Below are positions 1 through 13,147 of a DNA stretch of 64,000 nucleotides, piece by piece. Under the pieces are notes generated by a model. It saw only the letters and a list, made by a program, of their open reading frames with translations. It was not told the origin of the DNA and ran no database searches. How positions within the stretch are numbered: the first letter of the stretch is position 1; each line of letters begins with the position of its first letter. A program made the position numbers and the translations under genes. Source of the DNA: Azolla caroliniana (lineage: Eukaryota > Plantae > Polypodiophyta). Location: positions 8,866,001-8,930,000 of the forward strand of contig JBHGNT010000012.1 of assembly GCA_043228905.1 (NCBI GenBank). The letters are read 5' to 3'.

Positions 1-1987
1 TATTTCGCACAATGAAGGTTTCCAACACCCTCCTTCAAAAGACTAATGGAAAGAGGAAGTGATGAGAAAAAGACATGGAAGTTTTTACCTCAATCTGTTT
101 ATCAAAAGGAGATGCATCTGTTTGTTGTTGATGTTGGGGTGGATCTGCGGAATTTTCCTGTTTCTGTTGTGGTGGATTTGAGGAATTGCCCTGTTTCTGT
201 TGTTGTTCTTGATCGCCCATCTCTCCTTACTAGCATATCACCTCTGCAACCCCCCCTTCTTCTTATGCAACACTTGGATTGCTTCAAGCCTTCCCACCTT
301 GACACTTGTCCTCTTTATACACATACGCATTCTATGCCCCTTCTCCATCATGCTACATGAGATTTTCTACATTCACACGAGAGCCCATGCTGACTGAATT
401 CGTCTGGCCTCATGTGAAACGATTCATCGTACACAATCGAAACCCCTAAACCCTCTGGAGAATCTTCGGCTTCATACAACAAGAGTCTAGAATGGAGAAC
501 CCCCCATATCACTGATCCCCAGGAGCTAGATGGTCTCATATTACTTCTCTATCAACCTCATAATCGATCCAACCAACTATTGTGAATAAGTAACGATCTT
601 GATTCCTCTTTGTTAAATTATCCATCTGAATGTGATGTGTGGAGAAATGAATCCAAGTTTCGAGATGATTGATCCTAGTTTATACACATCTCATGCCTGC
701 CAACATTGTCCATTCCACCATTGGTAAATGAAAGTGGAAATGGGTCTCTCATCTTTGTGTTAGCTTATTGGTACAATATTAAACCACACATTGTTGGTTT
801 TACTAACCGAATAAATATGAAATCAAGTATGTTGCTAACCTCTTCACAAACATGCTCATAATAATTCACATTCATTATATATCTACTTTAGTTGATGAGT
901 ATTCCATATTCTTTTAATCAAAGTCTACATATATAGAATTGATAACCAAATCCCTTCATATCCTCATACCACCATGCAAACAAATCTTTATATATTGAAG
1001 AAGTGTTACCAAATTCTAATTTACCTTCATTTTGTGCTTTTCTTAGGACCAATATTAAGCTTTCGGGGGAAATCTTTGTCCTCATCTGGTAGGATGATGA
1101 TTCACCTGCCCTAGTAATCATATTTAGTTGTTAATAATACAAGATCATTAATGGTTCTATGTTGTTTGCTTCCTTGTCCTATACCGTGTAACATCAGACA
1201 TGTTCCCATATGAAATGTACCTCTTTTGAGCTGAACATGGTTAGATTAGGATTTTCGAAGACTACAACCTTGACATTTCCGACCTTCTAAACCTTTGAAC
1301 ATGTTTACGCATTCAACATAGGCATGCCAATTCTCTTTAGCATCAACTCCAACTTTGAAAGAATAGTGTTACATTTTCCAAACTTAAATTTGTTCATTTT
1401 GTCAATTGGGTTGTATTTTGATCGTTTGAAGCCCTTGTTTGCATACCAACAAAATACAATTTGGATCATCTATAGGAATGCAAGCCTAACATTTGTGTTA
1501 GTGTAAAAACATTTATCTAGGGAACCTCAAACACGTCTTTATATCTTGTTAGAGAATATATGTACAAGTTAGTGTGTTAGTGTAAGGCTGCATTGAATAA
1601 AATATTACCTTTGTAAAAGTTGTATAAGCACCTTTTTGTGGTATACAAAGAGTAGCCTCTTCATACTTTACATGTTCACGTTTCGTTGTGATAGGGCGCG
1701 TGCAAAAGGAGAATGGAGACAAAATGTCAAGTTTTACAATGGGTCAATTGGTCAAAGTTAGCACTTTTTAAGGAGAAGTGGCAAGGCAAAGATTAACCTA
1801 ATGATAAAGCACATCTTGAATGATAATACTAGCTAGCCATTGGAAGAACAAGGTCAAGTGCTTGAAACCTATTAAAGGTGGCGATGGGGGAAAGGTTATT
1901 TAGCCCTCCACACAATCGCAAAGTGTGCATATCTTCTCTAGTGGTATCAGTTGTACACCTCTATGCGACTACTTAGAGCATCAAATC

Positions 1988-4900
1988 CAACCGCCTTCAG
2001 CTTCCGGTGTCGTGGCGTGGCTTGCCTAGAAGCGTAGCGTTGCGTAGACAAAAGATATCGTGAAAGTGAGGAAGGAATCACTGGGATTATGGACGGAAGA
2101 GACGAAAGAGTAGAGATAGAGTAAATAGAGATCAACAAGATATGACACGATAGGATATTGAATGATATTTAAAGGAATAAAAGAGATTTATAATTATTTG
2201 ATGAAAGACTTACAAAAGTGGTTGTAAGCGTTGTTGATCCTTCAAACTTGGTCTCACAAGATAATCTCTCTTCTCTTTCTTGATAGTAGGCCACAACAAT
2301 CTTCACTTCAATATTTTGATGAAGATAAGGCTTGAATCGCCTCCCTCTTGTTGAGAGTTGACCACCACAATCGCCAAGCTAGAGCTCCACCTTTATGTTG
2401 AACTTCTTCCTTTCTTTCCCTATTTTAGGGTATCCCTTATGTAATATATATTTGATTGATATCTCATACTTCTCCCCCTTTGATCTTCTCTTTCACCATT
2501 TAAATAGGTGCCCCCATGCATATGATGCATTGGAGGGTACAAGTCATGCATGTAGTGCATGAAATGCATGTGATGCATGATCGCCATTTGGCGTTCATGC
2601 ATTACATGTGATGCATGATAGGCATCTCGCTTATTTGAGCTTTCATGTATGAAAAAATATATGGCATAAGAATAAACATTGAAAACATTTTTATAGCATG
2701 AATGGTAGGTGTGTTGACTTTGGTATATGAGGTTGTGGGTTTGAGTTTCTCAAATATTATTGAATAAAACATGTAACGTCGTTTTTATATCATGAAGCAA
2801 ATCCTTTATTTTATATATATTATTAGTATAGAGTAAATGGTAAGATTTGAAAGTCATAGGGTGGGGTTATTGGTTCAAGTCCTCTCTTGTTCGTGTAATA
2901 TAATATACTTATCTATATATATATATATATTATTTTTCTTTACATATATATAATATTATCATATGTGTTGTTAATATTATCTTTATATATAAAACATTAT
3001 TAAATTTTATTTTAGTTACGTATTTATCTTATTGTAGACTTTTAATGTGAAGCTTTCGTACATCACGACGCCGAGCGGTTTCTCTTTCCACTCTCGCGTG
3101 GAGTTCCTTGAAGACAGATAGCACCTGATCCTTTGTCTTCAACGGCGAGACCCACAACATCCGGTTGTGGTCATTTATGAATGTCACGAAGTATTGCGCT
3201 CCAGGATGTGACTTTGTGTCCACTTGACACACATCAGTATGCACCAGCTCTAGTGGTGCATTCCGTCTCATCGGTGGCCTTGACCGGAAGTAGGTTCGGT
3301 TTTGCTTGTCGGCCAAGCAATCAATGCACTTCTCAAGTTGCACGTCCTTCACCATAATGAGATTATCTTCGGCAAGTCTCTTCATCCCCTTCTCACTCAT
3401 GTGACACAACCTATTGTGCCACAGCTGACCGGTAGAGTCTGATGCTACGTTCACTTCTTCCCAGCATATCCGGGCATTCATCAAGTACAATGTGTTGACC
3501 TTCCGGATTTGATCAACTATTAGGTTCCCTTTGCAGAACGTCATGAGTCCGTTCTGGATTCGACCCGTGTAGCCTTCATCATCTAGCCGATTGGCTGATA
3601 TGAGGCTCAGTTGAACCTCCGGAACGTGTCAAACATCCTTCAGCAACAACTTGCATCCGGTTGATGTCATCAAGAACACATCTCCCATGTCGATACCTTC
3701 ATTCCCCATCCGGACACAACCATGATCACCGATTATGTAGGATGAGAAGCATTTCCGATCCGGTGTTAGGTGGAACGATGCTTCAGAATCAACAACCCAC
3801 GTTGCCTCGTCGCCGACAAGCTTTAACTCATTCTCCTTGATAATGAGCATCAGTTCCTTTCCGATCCAGGCCTCTCCGGTCTAAATTGTTTCTGTCCAAA
3901 CTCTTCTACGAATCGTTAGTGCCAGTTTCTTTCTTTCCGGAAATGCCGATAGTTCTTCTGGAAGTGCCCCAGCTTCCCACAGTAGAAGCAAGTAGGCCTC
4001 CCCATTGACCTCAACCTCGTCCCCGACTTGTCCCAGTTTTGGGGACTCCGATACCGGCCTCTTCCCCGGTTGTGATCATCTTCCGTGACCAAGGCCTTCG
4101 GATCAGTTTCGATCTCCCGGTCCTTCCGGTGAGCTTCTTCATCTAGCAAGCTTGATTTTAACCTTTGCATGGGACAACTATTTTCCTTCCGGCCTGGCGT
4201 TGCCCAACGTGACAACTAACGTCTCCCAGCTATCCGAAAGGGAACCGAGCAGAAGCAATGCGAGTACCTCATCAACGATAGGTACTTCCAACGAGGTTGC
4301 CTGGTAGATCAGTCCCTAGAAGGCATTCATGTGTTCCGCCATACTGGAGTCGTCCTGGTACAGAAGCCTCACTGGCGTCCGGAATACCGAAACCCGATTG
4401 ACATCATTCTTGTTCTGGAACATGATGCCCATCTTCTGCTAGAGTTCATGAGCCTTTCTCTCTTCATTCACCGGATGTATGCCGTCGTCATCATGTGCAT
4501 CACCTCCCACACAGCCGCGTCGATCTTATCTGGTCTCTTGTCCCCGAATTGAACCGGCAACCAAAGATCTTTAACCACCAGCATATCCCTCATCTTCGAC
4601 TTCCACATTGAGTAGTTGGAGCCGGTGAGCTTGAACATGCCGCCAAATGATTCTTCCATTTCCTGTGTTGTTAGCTCTGATACCAGTTTGTTGTGAACAA
4701 TGCGGAATATAGTTCGGCCACAACCGAGTCTTGAATCACATAAAAAATAATGAAACATAGAAATGGGAAATGGAGAGTACACAAGGAAATACACAGGATG
4801 TTTACATGGAAAACCATAATAGGGAAAAACCACGGGAGCCCACAGACTCCAAACTATCACAGTATGAGAAAGGTACAATCAGAGCCTCAGAGGCAACGGT

Positions 4901-5117
4901 CTTGAGCTTTGTATCTTTGCCAACTGGCGGTTACAACAGAGTATCACTCTGTATCTCACACTCTCTCTCTGTCGACTTACTGTACAACAGTTACAACAAT
5001 ATGACAACAATACAACAACACTATAAAGTGATTTCCCTAAGTCATATTTATACTTATATGAACTTAGGGCTATTTACAAATATAGCGTCAATAGGCTTAC
5101 TCAAAAAACATATTAAT
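1988..5117 (-). mobile_element. Degenerate, truncated Ty1/copia element A (GC-rich Tork/Tnt1-like family): partial 5' LTR, PBS, gag-PR-INT remnants; split by a Gypsy solo LTR
   Basis: PBS reverse complement GCTCTGATACCA at 4674-4685; LTR from 4689 (TGTTG), lost near 5117; gag start MEESFGGMFKL at 4659; CFYCGKLGH knuckle; WVVDSEASFH protease; LVHTDVC integrase; ERETA|RKLKAV resumes left of 2008. Confidence 0.9.
2008..3070 (-). mobile_element. Solo LTR of the tRNA-Trp-primed Gypsy group inserted in the Copia A integrase
   Basis: Termini TGTCGTG...CACGAC(G); flanks CCGG (2004-2007) and CCGA (3071-3074); removing the LTR and 4 bp restores host frame ETARKLK; shares the CATGCA/CGCCATTTGGCG module with LTRs at 8544 and 41829. 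Confidence 0.85.
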
Positions 5118-6077
5118 AGATCCACTCGACCGAGAAAAGGTGGGTCTCCTGTTGGAGACAGATCAAGGGCTCGCGGCTTATTGGGCCGCCGTAAAGAGGG
5201 TTTGTATCCGTTTCAACAAACGGCAAGAATGGAACGATGTAGGGTCATCGACGACCGGCCCGGGTGCTGGGAAGAAGCCGGAGGGACCAACTTCAACATG
5301 GACAGAAGAGACACCAAGGTGGCTTGAGTCGGGCATGGTTCCGACCAACGTGGTTCAGGGCCCATCCGGGGGCGCAGTTGTAGAGGAGTTGATGAACATA
5401 GTGCGCGATCTCCAGATCGCGCAACCTTGAAGAGATGACGGGGGATAGTCACGTGACCGGAGGCCTCCGTTAGACCAATGATTCATGTGGTGCGATGCTG
5501 TCGGCCACATCCGAAGAAAGTGTGCCGATTTCGCTGAAGCACTCTTGAACAATGTCGTGAACCTCTAGAACGGATGGGTACATGCATGCTTTACATGAAG
5601 GCCCCTCGAAGTGAACACCGGAGGAGGCATCATGAAGAGGATAATGGAGGAAGCCGCAGCCCCGAATGCCGAGGCCATCCATTACTCGGTGTTGGCGGGG
5701 ATCTAGGTAGGCGGAGAGAAGGGCACCGCATCCGGAAGTAATACCGGATTTTGGACGCTAGTACTAGAAGATCTCTCGGGGGTGAGGCTACAAAAGGAAG
5801 AAGTGGAAGATAGAAAGAGTGACAGACCTACGGAAGCTCTTGGAGGAATGAATCCTCGACAACAAGGTGGAACTCTCATTAAGGGAGGTGCTAAGGATAA
5901 CAAAGAAGGAATTCCATGATTCTATCGTGGACCTGGTAAAGAAGAAAAGAATCTCGATAGAGCCAGAGCCAAAGAAGCAGGTCGAAGTAAAGGCAGGCCA
6001 CATCGAAGAGGTAGCAATAGAAGAGAAGTTCCTAGACAACCACTACATGTACCCACACTAGGCCAGATCAACGACGG
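5118..6077 (+). pseudogene. gag: Degenerate Gypsy gag fragment (Trp-primed group)
   Basis: WAAVKRVC, MWCDAVGH, LSLREVLRITKKEFHDSIVDLVKKKR and HYMYPH*ARSTT align by eye with ORF 42755-44869; several stops and deletions; left boundary approximate. Confidence 0.8.
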
Positions 6078-7369
6078 TGTCACGAAAATACGATGACGAT
6101 ACGTGAACTTGAGGTAGGACCCCGGGGCCTCCGACCAAAGGATATCATATTCGTGCTTTTATACTTTTAACAATTAACAAAAATAAGAAATTTAATAATT
6201 TTCATTAACAAAGGAAAAGAAATTACAATATGTCCCAATATTGGGATTCAGAAGTTTAGGTTTACTAAGTTTAATAGAAAAGAAAAATTAGGGGTTTTTG
6301 AGAGATATGGCTTCCATAGGGAAAATTAGGGTTTACAGTGTTATGGATTCCATAGGGAAAAGTAGGATTAGGTTCTACGAGAGATATGGCTTCCGTAGGG
6401 AAAATTAGGATTAGATTCTACGAGAGATATGGCTTCCGCAGGGGAAAACTAGGATTAGGTTCTACGAGAGATATGGCTTCCGTAGGGAAAATTAGGGTTT
6501 TTGAGTGTTATGGCTTCAATAAGATAAGGGAGCTAAGAAGGAGAAGAAAATAAAAATTGGACAGAGGATGAATGTAGAAAAAAAATGGAATATATATGGA
6601 GTTCTCCGTTGATCATACCCTTCAATGTTACTTTCCATGCCCACTTTTAGTTGCATCACCTCTACTTTTAGTTGCATGGATTTTTCTTTTAGTTGCATGC
6701 GATCGTCCACATGGCCTTTACTTTAGTCTCCTTTACTTTACTTTAATTTGCCACATGATCCTATCATCTGTCCGTCTCGATCGCCGCCCATCCAATCCGT
6801 TCGGTCCTCGTCTAGCCTCGTCCGGTCTCCAGTTTCGTCTGATCGCCGGTTTCTGGTTGCCGGCTTTGCCCAGTTTCCAATTGCATCCAAGAACCGGTTT
6901 CACCGGTTCCGGATTGCTTACTGGCCGATTCCATATTGCTTATCGGCCAGTTCCGAATTGCTTACCGGCGGGTTCCATTTTGATTACCGGCAAGTTCCGG
7001 TTTGCTTACCGACCGGTTCCGGTTCCATTACCGACTGGTTCCATTTTATTGCCAGTCTGTTTGTGGGAACTTAGCCACATTCATCAATCTAGACAAACTG
7101 GCCAAAGTGCTCTTAGTACAAATAAAAAACGAGGGATCTCAATGTGCTTATATAGCCAGGGTCTTAAGTTTCTTATCTATGTGGGATACTTCAAAATTCT
7201 ATTTTCCCTATCTTCTCAAGCTTCATGTCCACCTAACTTGATATGTAGTTGTCTATTTTGTATGTAGTAAAATGCGTTTTGAAGCTCTTAAGTACATCCA
7301 TATTTCTATAACAAGATACTAATCTAATCTAAATTAATTACTTCATTATTTTTTTACATAGTTTTGATA
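6078..7369 (-). mobile_element. Lone Gypsy-type LTR with non-matching flanks (probable recombinant solo LTR)
   Basis: Starts TGTCACGAAA after ACGG; ends TTTTGATA before TCGG; segment CTTGATATGTAGTTGTCTATTT resembles CTTGACATTTAGTTGTCTATTT in LTR 8544-9587; left flank is Gypsy gag, right flank is Copia gag. Confidence 0.65.
6283..6516. repeat. ~43-bp tandem repeat (GAGAGATATGGCTTCCGTAGGGAAAATTAGGATTAGGTTCTAC) inside the LTR
   Basis: About five imperfect adjacent copies; a second CCGG-rich ~22-bp array lies at ~6890-7045. Confidence 0.85.
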
Positions 7370-9659
7370 TCGGCGTGCAATGGAGGCGGCCGAAAAGAGC
7401 AGAACATGCGAAATAATCAAAATGCCGGAAGCAATTTCGAAACCTCTGGAAGTAGGGGAATTCATAGTGGCGCCGGAAGCTGACAAGAGAAGGCCACGAC
7501 GGAATGTTGGTACTGTGGCAAGGAAGGCCACAAGGAGAGCGAGTGCTGGAAGAAGAGAGCCGATTCGGACAAAGCTGGATCGAGTGAAGGAGATGCAGGA
7601 AGGCGTTAGAAGTCGCACTACGCCTGAAGTACCCCGTATAGAGATGCAAGTATAATGAGTACATGACACGCGTGGCAGAAGTGTGTGAGCCAGAGAGCTA
7701 TGTTGAAGCGGCGGAAGACGAGAATTGGCGTGCCGTGATGGACGAAGAGATGCACGCTTTAACGAACAATGAGACTTGGGACCTGGTTGACGCACCGAAG
7801 GGTGTAAAGCCAATCGGATACAGATGGGTATATAAGGTAAAATAGAACACCGATGGCTCCTTCAACCAATATAACGCTCATTTGGTTGCGAAAGGCTGCG
7901 CGCAGAAGCACGACATAGATTACAACGAGACATTCGTGCCAGTCGTGAAGATGACCACGGTGCACATTCTGCTAGCCTTAGCAGCAATGAAGGGGTGGCA
8001 CCTACTTTAGATGGATGTAAAAACTGCGTTCCTGCAAGGCGATCTTGAGGAACAGGTGTACATGGTAAAGACCCTGAATTTCTATCCGAACAGAACACTT
8101 CGGCAGTCAGCCGATTGAAGAAGGTGTTATACGGACTTAAGCAAGCCCCACGAGCATGGAACGCGAAGCTTACACAACGATTGCATAGAATGGGGTTTAT
8201 GAAGTCCAAATCGGACTCTTCATTGTTCACTCGACAAGGTGGACAGGGACCGGCCTGTCTTTTACTTTATGTTCATGATTTAGTCATCGCCGGTGCCGAC
8301 CTGGAAGAAATCGGCCGCGTCAAGTCTCAGCTCGATGCATTTTTCGAAATGACGGATCTTGGAGACCTTCATTACTTCCTCGGGATCGAAGTGATCCATT
8401 CCACCGAAGGCATATTGATCACTCTACGTCATTACATGCTAAATATGCTCTTCAAGTTTGGGATGGCCGATTGTAAGTCTATCTCGACCCCTCTGGACAA
8501 AAACGTAAAGCTTCGCCGAAATTCGGGGAAGCCATTCGACTCAACGCGCGGATCGTGAGGCGGAACCGCCGGGGTTCTGGACCAGAAGGATTTAGAGTCG
8601 ATACAAGCTTTGGCGAGAAAGTACTTAAGATAGATTGGGAAAGAGAGAAGTTGAGATTACACGATTGATTTGAAAACGAATTTCTTCCTCTTAATTTTCA
8701 TAAAAAAAACCGTGTTTTTCTCCTCCCCCTTCCCTCTTTTATAGATGCTCTCATGCATATGATCCATGTGAGGGTACAAGACATGCATAAATTGCATGTT
8801 TGCCATTTGGCGCTTAAGTATTACATGTGGTGCATGCTAACCACGTCACTCATTTGAGCTCTCATGGATGAGAATTTACATGTAAAAGTACAATGATAGA
8901 AATATAATTTCAACTAAATACCATGGCTTAATGGTAAGCCATTTAACTCCTAACTTGGAGGTGCAAGGTTTGAATCCATACTTGCCCTCCTTGTATATGT
9001 AAATATGTATATATTTTTATATATTTATTTTATCTAGTCGCCGGTTCGCCGGATACCGACGCCGGATGCCGACGCTGACGCCGGATGCCGACGTCGGATA
9101 CTGGTGCCGCCGCCGGATAGCGACGCCGGCGTCGGATACCGGTGCCGAGGAGGGATGCCGCCGCCGGATTGCGGTTGGATGTCGTCGGATCATCGGCTTC
9201 ATCGCCGGACCGGTTTTGGTTGGCCAAAACCCTTTTCGAGTAGCTAGCCACCTCCACTCTAAGTTCAAGTTACCTTGAACTCTCTATGCTCCACACATAG
9301 ACACAAAGATAATATCTTTTGCTCCACCTTATATATGATGAGAGCCGTATTTCTCGTGCCTATGTGGGATATCTCACAATTTTCTCTTTTCTTTTCACAA
9401 ACTTTATACCCTCATATCTTGACATTTAGTTGTCTATTTCTCGTGTAATAAAGTGCATTCGAAACCTCCATCATTTTGTACTTAGATATTAAAAATGTTA
9501 TCTTCACAATTATTGTATTACGTGATTCATACTCGATTTTGTACGTTTTATGGGATTTTCACACTATTGCCGAAAATCTTCACGACATCCACCCCCACCA
9601 AACCGCACGTCCTCCGGTACGTGCCAAGAAGAGAAGAAGTGAGATTTCGGTTACGATGA

Positions 9660-12600
9660 TCAATTAGATTCCTCCATGTCTTCATTTTCATCCGGCCTAT
9701 TATGTTCATCGTCGAGGTAATCGAGGTCAGGATCCTTGTCTTGTCTTTTCTTGAAAAGCTTTACTCTTTTCCCCGCAATGGGTACGGCCAACCTTGATCC
9801 GTCTAGTTCCGCAAGGTGGTATGTGGCATTATCATTGGCACTTGTCACCACATACGGCCCGAACCATCTTCTTGCGAACTTCCTTGTTGTACTATGTTGA
9901 TTGTCAAGGGTGTTGTCGTAAACCAAAACCCAATCCCCTTCTTCAATCTTCTTGGGACGAAGTCGATGCGTGTTGTCGAACCGAAGTCGATGCGTGTTGC
10001 CTTCAGCATCTTTCGCGCTTTTTCTAAATCTTCAGGTCTTCTTTCAAGTTGCCTTATCCGCGCTGCTAATAACTCTTCTCGGCTCATCTCGTTCCCCCAC
10101 GGTATCGCTACCCATGAGGCGATCGTCCTTTCGATGGGCATAATCGGCTTTTGTCCATACATAAGCTCCGTCGGCATATACCCTGTCACCGAGCTATGTG
10201 TCGTTCTATCGGCCCACAAGGCATAGGGTAATAGTCGTGGCCAATTCCCGACTCGACCGTTGCATGCCCGTACGATGGCTTTAACGATAGGTCCTTGCCC
10301 TCGCTCAATCTTCCCATTTGCTTCCGGATTGTAGGCAGTCGTGAGGGAGAGCTTCACGCCTAGTCTTTCGAAGAGCGCCGTCGCTTCGTGCGCGTCCAAC
10401 TCCCCTCGGTCGGCCACTATCTTCCCTACACATCCATATCGGCAAACAACATCTTCAAGTAGAAATTTGCAAACGGCTGAAGTCGTCTTATTTGTCAAGG
10501 CTCGTCCTTCCACTTGATTTGTCAAGTCTTCCCTTGCCAACGCTAAGTACTTCATTTGTCCCACTCCCATTGGCATCGAGACCAGATCCACCATCCATTT
10601 GAAGTGTATGGTGAGTGGGTATGTCGGCTTTAACTCATCACGATGACGTATATTTGAATATACTTGGCAAGTTTCGCATGTGGACACGAAATGGAGTACA
10701 TCTTTGTACATGCTTGGCCACCAGTACTTCTCCTTCAACTTTTCGAACGTCGCCCATGTTCCTCTATGACCTGCCCAAGCACTCTCGTGGAATTCGGTCA
10801 TGAGCGTCTCTTGCTCTTCTTTCTTTACCACCACTCGACGTGGTATTCCTGTCCTTCTTTTTGGATGTCGCCAAAGGAATCCTCCCTTCAAGAAGTATCG
10901 GTAAGCTTTCTTTCGGATTCGTAGGGCCTCCTCCTTTGTCAACGAAGCATCTGCCGTCAATGTTCTTAGGAATCTACCGATGAGTAACCACTCTCCTTCG
11001 TACTCGTTCTCGTTGAAGGCGTGGAGGGTTTGCGTGTCCTGGTCTTCCGCCGACAATCGAGCCATCTTGAAGAAGTCCAGGGCGACATCTTCATCTTCCG
11101 AAACCATGTTACTTCCATTTGAAAATCTTGCCCTCGACAGCATGTCAGGCATGGCGTTCTTCTTCCCTGCGATGTGACGGATCTCTGGGTTTAAAGACTT
11201 GATGTAGGCGATCCACCTTAGCATAGCAAGATCTGGGGTCGCACATCCCGAGACCATTCCAAGAATTGGGAGACAATCTGTCTCTATTATCACTTCTGAC
11301 CCGATCAGGTAATCTTTGTCCGTCTTCACTGCCGACACAATACCCCAAAGTTCCCGCTTGACTTGGGCATATCTTTGTTGCCGTTCGCTGAGAACCTTTG
11401 CTCCGAACCGGACGGCATATCGCGCATTATCTTCACCTTCTTGATTGATGACCCACCCGATTCCGGTTGGGCTCGTATCTACGGTCATGAAAATTGGTTT
11501 CCCTTCGGCATAGTCGGCCTTCCTTAGTGCCGGAGCTTCAAGAAGCAGTTTCTTTAATCTTCGCATCGCCTCTGTGTGCTCGTCTCGCCATTCGAACTTT
11601 ATTCTTTTCTTTAGTAGTCCATATAACGGTTCGGCGACATCAGCATAGTGAGGAATCCATATATGATAAAACATGCACGCTCCAAGGAACCTTCGAACCT
11701 CCGTTTGGTTTTCGCATTCTTCTTTCATGTCTTGGATTGCGTTCACTTTGGATGGCGAGGGCTTCCGGCCGTATGCTCCACACAAGTGACCTACCACCAA
11801 GATCTCCGGTTGTCCGAATGCGGATTTTTCTCCCGAAAATGTCAAATTCGCATCTTCGAGCCTTTGAAGCACCTTCTCGCAATCTTTCATATGATCCGCA
11901 ACGAACTTTCTACAACCTTCCTTATCTTTCGATTCATCTTTCTCCTCATCCGAACATCCTTTTATCGGAATATCATCCAAGAATGGCATCGTGATGTCCG
12001 GAATGCAATCCTTCAAGACTTTATTCATGGCATTCACCATATGAGCCACCGAGTTCGTTGCGCCTTGGGGTAAGGTACACATCCGCACAAGCCCGATCGG
12101 AGTCCTCATGGTTGTAATGTCCCGACTGTCGATCGCCAACTGGAATTGGTCATATCCGGAGTAGAGATCGCCAATGGAGTAGATGGACCGGCCCGCAAAC
12201 GCTTCAGCAAATTCGTCCACGCTCGGACCGATTCCGGCATTTCGAATTGTCACCTTGTTGACGGGTTGAAGATCTTGGATGAATCGCAATGATCCATTCT
12301 TCTTCGGCACCGTGAACCACCTATTGGAATAAGGAGCATTCGACGGTTCTAGAATTCCCATACTCACCTTCTCCTTTAAGAGCTCGATCAGCTTCGGAAG
12401 GTGTGCTCTCGGAACCGGTATCGGTTTCAAATTCCAAGGTACATGAGGCACCGTGAAGATCACCATTGGCTCTATAACCTTTGGGTCGGCGCATCCGATT
12501 TCTCGTGGGAAGAATGCGAAAGCCTTCCCATGTCTCTCAAGCATATCGCGAAACATTCGCTCCTCTTCAGGGAGAAGGAAATCCTCCTTTCCAACTCGTA

Positions 12601-13147
12601 GCTTCCCCTTCGTTTCTTTGGTGAAGTCATGACCTATCTTCTTCGGATCTCTTAAGCTTGGATCGTTAGCGACTTCCTTCATCTTTTGCCAGCTATCTTC
12701 CGGTAGCGGAACCGCAACTGGCTTGATCTTCTTATCCACCGTTTTATATTTCTTGTTGATGTCAGCTTCCTTCATCGAGATGCCATGACGGTATTCATCG
12801 ATGATAGCGTACATGTTGACGGAGTTAACCGAAATCACGCATTGGTTGTGAAGATAGCTCAAGTCCACGACGTCCTCGATTTCGCCGATGGTGTCGTTAA
12901 ATGAGGCTTCTTCCATAATATGAGTCACGAACACTCCTTCTTCTATTATGTTCTCTTCTTTCAGCATCTTCTCGAATTCTTGTATCCGGTGCTTGTGCTT
13001 CTTGTCGGGTAGTACTAGTTTACATGCGCCACTAGGTGTGACACATGTTGCTTCTCCTTGCAATCCACGCACTCTTCTTTCTTGTGGGGTCTTGTGATTG
13101 CTCGGACTATTTGTGCCCCATGCTTCAATAGTCCGCTCTAAAAATCC
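9660..13147 (-). pseudogene. pol: Gypsy pol (RT, RNase H, integrase), open for >1000 codons, frameshifted near the integrase C-terminus
   Basis: ORF 9845-13072: LPQGATNS, PFLDD, TVDTSPTG, GHRG...CETCQ, WMVDLV, VADRGE, NPEANGKIER; tail WFGPY in ORF 9660-9926 after a local duplication at ~9958-10000. Confidence 0.92.

Noticed and set aside
1942-1950. PBS-Met-like TGGTATCAG
   Set aside because: Only 9 nt, no adjacent CA-ending LTR and no gag downstream
6283-6516. CRISPR-like array (also considered for the 28-bp and 10-bp LTR arrays)
   Set aside because: Adjacent tandem units without unique spacers, no cas genes, eukaryotic LTR context
9660-9926. Chromodomain at the Gypsy integrase C-terminus
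   Set aside because: Only the GPY motif and a short acidic tail are present
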